Shown here in pieces: positions 41,221-53,009 of a DNA stretch of 64,000 nucleotides. This DNA is from Callorhinchus milii (taxonomy: Eukaryota), in contig NW_024704743.1 in the NCBI RefSeq assembly GCF_018977255.1, positions 81,904,001 to 81,968,000 on the forward strand, given 5' to 3'. Each line of letters starts with the position of its first letter. The stretch's first letter is position 1. The notes under the pieces are model-generated. The model saw nothing but the letters and a program-made list of their open reading frames with translations, was not told the origin of the DNA and made no database searches. The translations under genes were made by a program, and so were the position numbers.

Positions 41221-41764
41221 ATTGCATTTTTTTAATATAGTGGCTTATGACGTCATTGAGACATCTCAAAAGTGTTTTACAGGATATACGCTGAAGTGGA
41301 TTTTACTGCGTATTGTATGGGCAAAATGCGGCAGTCAATTGCGCACAGCAATGCCCTGCACACAGCCTTGGAGTGAGTGACCAATTTACTTTTATTTGGC
41401 ATTTAATTAGTATTCTATTTGCAGTATGTCTCAAAGTGCTTCATAGGATTTACTGTCAAGTTTAATCACTATTTTTGCAGGCAGAAATAGTGACATATAT
41501 GACATAACATTACGTACTTCCAGTTACCAGAAGGAGTCCCCATTTGTGCAACTTGGATAGCTCACTAAGGAATACCAATTAATATTCAAAAGTACACAAA
41601 AAAAAAGTGGTGTGAAATACAATAGATTATTGAAATGAAACATTAGTATTTCAGAAACAGAGGACTAGTGAATTGTAATGCCAAAAGACCACCAAAAGAA
41701 TATTTGGCATAATGGCAGAAAATGGTTGTACAAATCTTCAGGTTGAGGAATACGGATTAATATT

Positions 41765-42170
41765 AATGCATTTGATATAGAGCTCATAACATTGAAATGT
41801 CTTCAAGTGCTCCATAAAGTTTTTGTAAAGAGTAGTGAATGTGTAATTATAGGTGAATGCAGCAGGCAATTTGTCTACAGCATTGTCCTAAATGCAGCTG
41901 TGAAGTGAATGATCAATTTATCTGGAGATTGATGACAAGGACAGCAGGAAAAACTCCCTTTTCTTAATGAATAGTCATGGAATTTTGAAAAAATAACCAG
42001 AGCCTTGGATTAACATCCCATCCAAAGAATGGCACCTCCGACATTTCAGTGCTACCCAGCACTCAACTGGAGTGTCAGCCTGATCTGTGAGCTCAAAAGT
42101 CCTGTTGTGGGTCTTGAAACCACAACCTTATCATCCATAGGTGAGAGTTACCAACTGAGCCAGGCTGACA
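41765..42170 (-). mobile_element. Deu-domain SINE relic
   Basis: Reverse complement head (ccaactgagccaggctga) and core. Confidence 0.7.
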
Positions 42171-42467
42171 GCCAAGATAAGACGAATACTGCTCCAGAGT
42201 TTTCCGTTGAATCTAGTAGGTGATTCCTGATATTATCTTCTGGATTCCACAGCAATAAATTCAATTGTGGCTCTTGGATTTCTGTAACAGTTCCATTCTT
42301 TGCTTATCATGGTGAGGAATGTTATTGCTGGAAAATGGACACTTCAGGCTCTCAATCTCAGCATCAAACACTTCTATGTATAATGGAATGTTTCTGAGTG
42401 AATCTTTCTCCACTTTCTCCCAATAATGTACCTTTAATAATAATCTTTCCATTTAATACAGTGACTT

Positions 42468-42780
42468 AATAATAATAATAATCCTTGCATTTGATATAGC
42501 GCTTTTCACATCGGGAGGACGTCCCAAAGCGCTTCACAGAACACACTGTAAAGTGAATTGACTGTATATTTGTGGGCGAATGCGGCAGTCAATTGCGCAC
42601 AGCAATGTCCCACAAACAGTCATAGATTGAAAATGACCAATTTATTATTGTTTTTGGTTTTGGAGGGATTATTATTAGGTGTGTGGAGTAAGGAAACTTG
42701 CCCAAGGTTTCGCCCTGCCTGGAATTGAACCCAGGTCTCTCACTTGCAAAGCGAGTGCTCTAACCACTGAGCTACAGGAC
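42468..42780 (-). mobile_element. tRNA-Ala-derived SINE
   Basis: Family match. Confidence 0.92.
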
Positions 42781-43094
42781 TTATCATATTATTGAGATGT
42801 GTATTTTGTAGGAGAATACGGCAGCCAATTTGAGAACAATATTCCACAAACAGCTATGAAGTGAATGATCAATTTTATTTGGGGATTGATTGCCAGGACT
42901 TGGGGACAAACTCCCTTCTCTGACTGAGTGCTGTGAGATCTGTAATGTCCTTCTGAACAGGCGGATGTCAGTTTAATGTCTCATCGGAGGGACGGCACCT
43001 CCAACCCCAGCCTAAATAAACCATGTAAGTTCAAAGTCCTGATGTGGAGCTTGAATTCACAGCCTTCTGAGGTGAAAGTCCTACCAAAGTCCTA

Positions 43095-43408
43095 GGTGTC
43101 CTGTAGCTCAGTGGTTAGAGCACTCGCTTTGCAAGTGAGAGACCTGAGTTCAATTCCAGGCAGGGCGAAACCTTGGGCAAGTTTCCTTACTCCACACCCC
43201 TAATAATAATCCCTCCAAAAACACAAAAACAATAATAAATTGGTCATTTTCAATCCATGACTGTCTGTGGGACACTGCTGTGCGCAATTGGCTGCCGCGT
43301 TCGCCCACAAATATACAGTCAATTCACTTTACAGTATATTCTGTGAAACACTTTGGGACGTCTTGAAGAAAAGTGCTATATCAAATGCAAGGATTATTAT
43401 TATTATTA
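43095..43408 (+). mobile_element. tRNA-Ala-derived SINE
   Basis: Family match. Confidence 0.92.
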
Positions 43409-46091
43409 ACTGATACATTCGGCTCCTGTTAACCCTGCAAGCCAAAGAACCAAAGATCTAAAGGGCAGGGTGGTCCTGGACAACCAGGAGGAAGCTTACC
43501 AGACAGCTTTCTGATGGCAGGCTATGCTCTCATCAACCTATATCTAACATTAATGCAGGCTGGAGGATCAGCCAAAGAAAATCAAAGTGCACATCAGCCA
43601 TTGTTAAGCTTCTGAGATGCTCTCTGTGTGAAGAGCACTATATAAATACAAGTTGTTCTTCTCATATTGAAAGGTAGTGGGTTATTCTTTCCTCTTCCTG
43701 TATAATTTATCAGTGTTTGAACCAAACAGGTTTTGCACTCACACTCACAAGCGCTCGGGATGCTTCACCACGTGAAGGGCGCTATATAAATGCAAGTTGT
43801 GGTGGTTCATATGTTAGGATTTCATTGCAATTACATGAACAGATTGCCTCTTCCTTTTTGCCCAACCCAAGTTTCACAATACTTGGAATACTCTGCCCCA
43901 TGTGGAGTCCTTTAAGTTTTTTTTCAAGAACATGTTTGTCCAGAAGGAATGGCTTGAAATTTGCCACATCAAAAAGACCCTAAAGCTTTTGTTCATTCTT
44001 GCGAATGTCAACTGTATCTTAGCCAGAACACTCTTGAAAGTTTATTAGAAATAACATGTGGCAGCTCTTCCAATGCCTCAGTGGAGAAATGATTCCCGCC
44101 TAAAGACCTTTTTTGAAAATGCTTCCAGTCACCTCTCCCCTCCCTCTCCCCCTGGCTCGGGGTCAGACTCCGCCACTGTTTAAACGCTCCGGGAGGCTAG
44201 CTGGCATGAAGGGAGCTATATAAATGCAAGTTGTTGTTGTTGTTGCATAAATGGACTAGTAGTCAAGTAGATGAGGAAGAAATGTAATCCCTAGTATGCA
44301 GTGAATTAATTCAGCCAGGGCAGCTGTAGAAGTGTTACGATTGGCCTCAATGGTAGAGATATGAAAAATCATCAAGGTTCCCAGTGCTGGTGGTTATCCA
44401 GTTAAACCCTGCTGGAAAGTGCACTTATATGGGATGTCAGATAAGGTGAGGATCAAACTTGACTATAGTGCTCTTCTCCATGATCAAATTGCTTTTCTGG
44501 TCCTCATTAATAACTTTCTTTTTTACTTTGAACATTCAGTTACTTGTCAAATCAAATGCATTTTTGCAAGTGAGCTGAAATGAACTTTGAGGCCCTGATT
44601 GTTTTAATATAATAAAATGCTGGTGTCACTCTTACAAGAAAATCAGATTTTTCTATGACTGAAGGAAATCAATATTTCCCAGAGGACCACAACTTTGTAA
44701 TTCATGTTCTTGAAATCAAGGCAAACACAGTCTTGTTAAGCTTTCAAGTTTGTATGTAAGTTTCCTTAGGGTGAAGATTTCGTGCTCACATAATAAACCT
44801 GGGAAAAGAAAGCTTTGATGAGTGCTTTGGTGCTAATGTTCCAGTGTGTCATGGTAAGATCTTGGAAACAGCTTCATTATCAACATTTAAACAGATTGGA
44901 TCACATACCACAAGTATTTTGTCATTTCTATTTAGGATGTAGCCTTTGATCTTAACCAATCTTTTAAAATATAATTTGCCCTGGTGAGTAAGGCACTTAA
45001 TGTTTGCTTACTTTTATTTCGCCATTGTCTTTCTGTTCACATTCTCATCAGTTTTTGTTTGGGAAATGTTCTCTCCTGAAAGGGTTGACGTTTTCCTGGG
45101 ACATTTTTTGATTAACCCATGCCACTTATCCACCCCACGTTTGCTACAGAAGGTAGGTTCACACCTTCTGAGATTCTAGTTGGACTTGTTTTATGAACCA
45201 AAACAAAGCTTCGCTTATAATGTGGCCTGTGAGCTGTTGAGCTAAGAGGACTATGTTGTAATAAGGTTCATTCTAGTTTCATGCTGTAAAGCTCTTTGAG
45301 TCTAAGTTGGCATTTTTTAATAGGATTCCACAATAAAATTTCCAAGATATGCAAATTGGAAATCTTCCTTTACACAGAAGTAGATCAGGCCAACCTGCCA
45401 GAACTATACTCTCACTCCATCTGCTTTATTATTAAGGAATGCTTTTCAGAAATATTGAAAATGAAATCCAATATAGAGTGTCTTTGAAATGACTGGAAAC
45501 AGAAGATCAAATAGATCAGAAGCACATTCAGGGCAACTGAGAAACTGGGGGAAAAATCAAAAGTGGAGACAGTGGAAAGCTGCAGAGAGAAGTTAAAATA
45601 AGAAAGACCAGAGTGATGTTTGGAGGCAGTTGGAATGTTGTAGAGACTGAAGGGATGATCAGATGTGTTTTAGAAGCTGTAGAGAGACTGAAAGGGTGAT
45701 TGGAATTGATTGTAATCCACTTAGAAACTCAAGAGATGACGTAATAATAGGCGGTAAGAAAACCTCAGAAAGGGTGGCAGATGATTGCTGGTACCAACCA
45801 CTAATCCCCCAGATAAAATTGAACATCATAGTTACGCGTGAGCTGCTATGTGATAATTTGGCTGCCACATTCATCTGCAAAATACTTTGTTACTGCACTT
45901 TATAGCAAATCCCGTGAAGTGCTTTGAAGTAACCTCCTGTTATATCAAATACAAGGATTATTATATTATAATTAATATTTTAAAAAATGTGTAACACAGG
46001 GATGCATCTACCAACCTTGCAAACATTTATATGCTGTAGGAAAGTGCATTCTGCAGACCATCTCTGGGTTGAACTTTCTGTCATTCAGTTC

Positions 46092-46560
46092 CTTCGCGAC
46101 CACATCACTCCCACCCTCGCTCGCCTCTACTGGCTCCCCATCCCCCAGAGGATCGAATTCAAGATCCTCATCCTCACCTACAAGGCCATTCACGGCCTTG
46201 CTCCCTCCTACCTCTCCGACCCACTATCCCCCTACTTACCTGCCCGTACCCTCCGTTCCTCTGGCTCCGGTCTGCTCCACATCCCCCATCCTTACCGCCC
46301 TACCATCGGTTACCTCTCAGCCCCTAGGCTCTGGAACTCCATCCCCCAGTGCCTTCGCCTTGCTTCCTCCCTTTCCTCCTTCAAGGCCGGTCTCAAGGCC
46401 TTTCTCTTCAACCGTGCCTTCAGCTCCCCTCTCGACTCTCTACCCCCTCCTCGCTCCCTCCCTTCCCTCCCCTCACCCTGACCATTTCCCCCCTGCTCGG
46501 GACCCGACCCAACTGTCCAGCACCTTGGGACGTCCTCCCGACGTGAAAGGCGCTCTATAA
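46092..46560 (+). mobile_element. Young L2 3' fragment
   Basis: DHITPTLARLYWLPIPQRIEFKILILTYKAIHGLAPSYL...PRLWNSIP; stem-loop tail. Confidence 0.93.
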
Positions 46561-46569
46561 AGGCGCTGT

Positions 46570-46887
46570 GGAGTCCTGTAGCTCAGTGGTTAGAGCACTC
46601 GCTTTGCAAACGAGACACCTGAGTTCAATACCAGGCAGGATGAAACCTTGGGCAAGTTTCCTTACTCCACACGCCTAATAATAATCCCTCCAAAACCAAA
46701 AACAATAATAAAATTGGTCATTTTCAATCTACGACTGTTTGTGGGACATTGCTGTGCGCAATTGGCTGCCTCGTTCGCCCACAAATATACAGTCAATTCA
46801 CTTTACAGTGTGTTCTGTGAAGCGCTTTGGGACGTCTTCCCGACGTGAAAAGCGCTATATCAAATGCAAGGATTATTATTATTATTA
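46570..46887 (+). mobile_element. tRNA-Ala-derived SINE
   Basis: Family match. Confidence 0.92.
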
Positions 46888-47189
46888 TCATAAATGAAAT
46901 CTTGTTGTTGTTGTTGTTCCATTGCCCAGGCCACATCGACTTGTAGGGAAATTGGATGCGCATCAGCCTGTATATCCGCAATACAAATTGCAATTTGCAA
47001 GAAATATACCCACCTACACATCAGGGAGCTTAAAACAAGCACCAGACACTTTTTACTAGTGGTTCTGTAATTTCTTTCTATATTGAGAAAGAAATGTATA
47101 CTGCTCATCTCCTAAGCTGTAACATCCTTGGCTCCCCCACCCCTATATATTTTTACAAGGGTATATCACAAATCTTGAGTTGCTAATTA

Positions 47190-47720
47190 TAATAATCCTT
47201 GCATTTGATATCACGTCTTTCAGACATCTCAAAACACTTCACAAAATATACTGTGAAGTGTAGTGTGTATACTTTTGTGGGCAAAACGCAACAGCCAGTT
47301 AAGCACAGTAGTGTCCCACAAACAGTCATGGATTGAATGACCAAATTATTCTTATTATTTTTTGTTGAAGGGATTATTAACCCCGGAAAAGCAATCCACC
47401 AATCGACTAACCATTGGATTCCTATCCACAGGATTAACCACAGATCCTGTGAGACCAGTTAAAGAAACAGCGACTGAACATGAAACAAAAGAGAAGTAGA
47501 TTGATAACCTGAAGCTAGGTTGGAACCGTGACCCAGATGAGGAGGCAAACAACAACAACAACAAGATTACATTTGTATAGCGCCTTTCATGTCGGGAGGA
47601 CATCCCAAACAGAGGCATGTGGAGTAAGAAAACTTGCCTAATGTTTTGCCATGTTCGGGAATCGAACTCAGTTCTTCTCGCTTGCGAGGCAAGTGCTCTA
47701 ACCAATAGACTAAAGGACTT
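47190..47720 (-). mobile_element. Long-variant SINE interrupted at ~47423-47608 by an L2 tail plus duplicated unique sequence
   Basis: SINE halves 47190-47423 and 47609-47720 are collinear. Confidence 0.8.
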
Positions 47721-48119
47721 CCACAAAGTTACAATTTGAAAAAGTAAATATGAAAAAGTACAGGATGCTTGTTCTAGCTTGACAGTGTGACATCTCATTA
47801 ATGGATAAATCAGAAGTTGCTCAGTAAATTATTACTGCAGTAACAGAGGGCCACTCAATGACCATGAGAATGTTTAGCCATTTCTCATCCATTGATTCCA
47901 GCCAGTAGCCCAACTCCACATCAGTCTAATAAAATATAATCTCCTTTGTCATGGTTAGCCTCCTCATCTGGGTCACTGTTCCAAGTTATCCTTCAGGTTA
48001 TAAATCTGCTTCCCTTCTGCTTCATGTTCAGTCGCTGTTTCTTTAACTGATCTCACAGGATCTGTGGTTAATCCTGCAGATAAAGTATGCATTTAAACTT
48101 CAGCTTGGGCTGAGCAGCT

Positions 48120-48310
48120 GTTTGCATATTCCTGGGAAAGTGCAGGACTTCAACGCATTATATAAGGCCTCTGTGCCTATCTGCTTGTGTCTCTGCAGTT
48201 CAGATTGCTAACCCATGGTCTGTAACATGAATCATGTGAGTTTAAGCGTTCAATACTGTCACTAATATTGCCTCCCGTTGAATTGCAACTCACTATCCAT
48301 GACGTCAGGA
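48120..48310 (+). promoter_or_regulatory. Candidate Pol II promoter / first coding exon
   Basis: Octamer-like tttgcat 48121; TTCCTGGGAA (TTC-N4-GAA) 48129-48138; TATATAA 48159-48165; ATG 48215; donor CAT|GTGAGT at 48235/6; CRE TGACGTCA 48300-48307. Confidence 0.35.
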
Positions 48311-48454
48311 ATGTTTAAGACAAGGACAATAGAAAACAAGGGTGCCATTGTCAAAGTACATTGATTCCTGTGCTGTGGGCTGGGCTTTTGACCTAACACG
48401 AAAGAGGGTCAAGAAAAAAAAAGTGAATTGCAGTGTATGTCCTTCACTGTACAC

Positions 48455-48738
48455 ATCTTGCAAGCGAGACACCTGGGTTCAATTCCAGGCAGGGCAAAAC
48501 CTTGGGCAAGTTTCCTTACTCCACATGCCTGATAATAATCCCTCCGAAACAAAACAATAATAAATTGGTCATTTTCAATCCACGACTATTTTTGGGACAC
48601 TTCTGTGCGCAATTGGCTGCCACATTTCGCCTACAAATATACAGTCAATTCACTTTACAGCATATTCTGTGAAGCACTTTGAGACGTCCAGAAGACGTGA
48701 AAAGCGCTGTATCAAATGCAAGGTTTATTATTATTATT
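48455..48738 (+). mobile_element. tRNA-Ala-derived SINE (5'-truncated)
   Basis: Family match. Confidence 0.88.
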
Positions 48739-48859
48739 ATCTGTGCAAGTACTTCTTGCAATGTTTTAGGCATATGAAAGATGTTGGAAGTACTAAATCA
48801 ATAAAATAAGATTCATGTGCATTTGATATGATATTAAGATATCTCAAAGTGGTTATTGA

Positions 48860-49222
48860 TAATAATAATCCTTGCATTTGATATAGCACCTTATCACATC
48901 TTCTAGACTCAAAGCACTTCACAGAATATACTGTAATGTGAATTGACTGTATTTTGTGGGCAAAACAGGGCAGCCAATTGCACACAATGTCCCACAAACA
49001 TTCATGGATTGAGTGACCAAATAATTATCTTTTTTTTAAAGGAATTATTATATCTGGAAAAGCGATCTGCTAATCGACTAACAACCGGGTTCCTACTTAC
49101 TGCTTCATAAACAGAGGCATGTGGAGTAAGGAAACGTGCCCAAGATTTCGCCCAACCAGAAATTGGACCCAGGTCCTCTCACTTGCGAGGTGAGTGCTCT
49201 AACCACTAAGCTACCGGACTCC
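48860..49222 (-). mobile_element. Long-variant tRNA SINE
   Basis: Family match with extra internal segment. Confidence 0.88.
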
Positions 49223-50511
49223 ATAATAATAATAATAATAATAATTTATTGTATTCAAGAAAAGAACATAAGAAATCAAAGGTGCCCAAAGGTAACTGCT
49301 TCATAGACAGTTGCTATCTAGTATAGTGTAATGCAATAGATTTGAAGGTAAACTGGGCTGATATTTTGCCTACAAGCAAATAGCCGTGAGTGAATGTTCA
49401 ATTTTATCTGGAGGATTTTTGGCCAACAAAGTGTTACCACGAGAAATTCTCTTTTCTATTATAATAATCCGATAATCCTTGCAATTGATACAGTGCCTTA
49501 TCACATCTTTGAGACGTCTCAAAGTGCTTCACAGAATATACTGTAAAGTGAATTGCCTGTAAAATTTTGTGGGTGAAATACGGCAGCCAATTGCTCACAG
49601 CAGTTCTGGAAGAATATTCTGGAATGTCCGTCCAATTGTTGCTGTGAGTCGAGGATGGTTTTCAGGTTTCCTGTCTGGGAGTATATGTGGGTTTTCACAT
49701 CCCTCACGAGATTAGCCAAATTGAGGATCATTGCACAACAGTGAAGACTGTGCATGCTTTACAGGGCAGAGGGGAAGCTAATGTGCCAAGTGGCTTTTTC
49801 TCATTGCATATTTCTTAAGTTCTTAGGTTGGCGGATTTTGTTTGTTAGGGCATTGTTCCAATCAGCAGCACAAAACAATGTAACCGAGCATTGCTAGATG
49901 TCTACAGCTGTAACTGAGAATATGAAGAAAACAAACATTAACAGCTATTATATTAGCAAAAGACCATTTTGAAGTTATTGTGGTGAAGTTTTCTCATGGT
50001 TAGCATATTACATTCTGAATCAACCACATCATTCTTTTCTCATGGTTAGCATATTATTGCATAACATTGTTCTGGAACAGCTGAACTTTTATTGTTTTCT
50101 GTGCGTCAAGAGAAAAAAATAGGATAGAGCGTGGATAGCTTCTCCACACCTCATCAGGTCCTTGATACAGCAACTTGCATTTACATAGCACCCTTCACAC
50201 AGGGTAGCATCGTGGAGCGCTTGACAGTGTCAGAATCTAACCACGAGCCAGGGGGAGAGGGAGAGAGGATGGTTGACCGTACGCAAGATCAAAAAGGAAG
50301 ATCTTTGGGTGGGATTTGAAAGTGGGGAGGGAGGGGACAAGGCGGAGGGATTAAATGAGGGAGTTCCAGAGCTTTGGGGCATAGTGGCTGAAAGCACGGC
50401 CGCCGATGGTGGAGCAGAGGAGGCGAAGGACGAACAAGAGGCCGGAGACGGCCGAGTTGAGGCAGCGGGTGGTGGAGTGGGAGGTTAGCAAATCGGATAG
50501 GTAGGGAGGTA

Positions 50512-50824
50512 ATAATAATCCTTGCATTTGATATAGCGCTTTTCACGTCTTCTAGACTTCCCAAAGCGCTTCACAGAATATACTGTAAAGTGAATTGACT
50601 GTATATTTGTGGGCGAACGCGGCAGCCAATTGCGCACAGCAATGTTCCCACAAACAGTCGTAGATTGAAAATGACCAATTTATTATTGTATTTGTTTTTT
50701 TTGGAGGGATTATTATTAGGCGTGTGGAGTAAGGAAACTTGCCCAAGGTTTCGTCCTGTCTGGAATTGAACTCAGGTTCCTCACTTGCATAGCGAGTGCT
50801 CGAACCACTGAGCTACGGGACTCC
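50512..50824 (-). mobile_element. tRNA-Ala-derived SINE inside a minus-strand L2 3' fragment (~50170-50915)
   Basis: Family match; L2 sequence on both sides. Confidence 0.9.
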
Positions 50825-51470
50825 ACAAAAAGGAGTCCACAGGTACGAGGGTATGAAGGGATTTGAAAACAAATGAGAGGATCTTGAAGTTGATCCATTC
50901 AGTAATTGGGAGCCTGGCAAAGAATCAGCTTTCAGAAATTTTAAGAAATACGGAAAAGTCTTTGTGTACAACACATAATACAGAATTGCCTTTGTCCGTA
51001 TAGTTGCCAAGGCCCACCTAAAGAGTTGGTTTCAACAGTATTTTATTCAGTTGGATGTTTGACACATGCAGAAACCCACCACTATGTTTAAATAGTATCC
51101 AAACAAGCCCAAGAGTTCTAAGAATGTATGCCACCTATGCATAGAAAGTTCCCTGTGCCTGGAATGGAATGCACATGCTCTACCTGGAGAAACGTACCCT
51201 GCTTACCTAATTTCAGAGAGTATTAGGCATAGGTCGGCAAGAGCCAAAGTTTAACCAGCTGATACAGTATACGTTTCCATTGAGAGCACTCTCTGACAAG
51301 CTGTTAGTCCAGGTACAACAACAACAACAACTTGCACTTATGTAGCACCCTCCACGCAGGGTAGCGTCTCAGAGGGCAAAAAAAAAGGTAGTTCCACTCT
51401 ACCAGGTAGTTCTACATCTACTGAAGTACCTCAACGGCTAACAAGGACAATAGAAATTGGCACCTTCCTA

Positions 51471-51793
51471 GAACTCCTGTAGCTCAGTGGTTAGAGCACT
51501 CGCTTTGCAAGTGAGAGACCTGAGTTCAATTCCAGGCAGAGGGCGAAACCTTGGGCAAGTTTCCTTACTCCACACGCCTAATAATAATCCCTCCAAAACC
51601 AAAAACAATAATAAATTGGTCATTTTTAATCTATGACTGTTTGTGGGACATGGCTGTGCGTAATTGGTTGCCGCGTTCGCCCACAAATATACAGTCAATT
51701 CACTTTACAGTGTGTTCTGTGAAGCGCTTTGGGACGTCCTCCCGACGTGAAAAGCGCTATATCAAATGCAAGAATTATTATTATTATTATTAT
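51471..51793 (+). mobile_element. tRNA-Ala-derived SINE
   Basis: Family match. Confidence 0.92.
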
Positions 51794-53009
51794 AACTCAG
51801 TATCACACCACGTGATTATTTTACCCACTGAACAGTTGGGCAAGCAATGCCAGTGAATGATTTGCACTGTCGCAATGGTAGCATTCACCCAATGTTTCAC
51901 AGGGATGAAGCACACTTCTCCTGACTATTTGATCCAAACATACTGTAATACTTAAAGGTGAATCTCCTTATAAATTTACCTATAAAACGTAGTGCATTAT
52001 TGAAGCTTAATCGATTATAACAAACAAGCAATTCAATCAACATTGTTTAAAATGTATGTCTTGCTTGTGATGTTTCAATTTAGACTGAATCGCTAAGTGA
52101 ATGAATGACTAAATAGGCTGGGATACAAAACCATGCAAAATTGGCTTACATCCGCAGTATATAATGGTTCTTGGCAAGCTTGTGTTATGTATTAATCAGT
52201 GTTTAACTCACAATTTCAATAATAATAATAATAATCCTTGCATTTGATATAATGTTTTTTACATCTTCTAGACATCTCAAAGCACTTCACAGAACACACT
52301 GTAAAGTGAATTGACTGTATATTTGTGGGCGAACGCGGCAGCCAATTGCGCACAGCAATGTCCCACAAACAGTCGTGGATTGAAGTGACCAATTTTATTA
52401 TTGTGTTTTTAACAGCAGTGGTGTTAATGTTCTTCATTGTTATCCTTGTTAGTTTGTCTTTCTTTGAATTTAAGTGTCTGTTAGACAAGCTAGTGGTATC
52501 AAGTTGCTTCATAAATCAAAGTACAGTCAAGATTTGCAAGCAATATGGATTTGCCAAAATAAGAGCATCCATAGATGTGGAATTGCACACAAATGGGACT
52601 GACTGTGCTCATTAAAATGAGAATACTGCTTTCGAATTGGATAGATGATAGTGATAACCAAAAACATATTGTCAGTTGAAAAAATGAATGGATCGTACAT
52701 CTCAGCACATGATAAGCTTTTGGAGTGAAAGTCATAAAAGTCCACTTAAACTGTACAAGATTAATTGCCAATGAAAAAGACAGTCAAAGTAATGGTTGGT
52801 AGTGAAAGTTAACAAGATGTAAAAGCATTTAATCAATTGTTGATGAGCTTTGTGAAGGGTTAGCACTGTGTGTTGGCAGAACAGCTGGCGCTGTGTGTGT
52901 GTGACAACGGCTGGCATAATGCTTGTTTGTGTGTGAGGAGAATGGATGGTACTGTGTGAATGTGTGTGTGTGTATGTAAGGAGACACATGCAGAAACCCA
53001 TCCCATGCT

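Noticed and set aside
49989..50056. 22-bp direct repeat ttttctcatggttagcatatta (similar small duplication at 56457-56501)
   Set aside because: Ordinary local slippage duplication with no further structure
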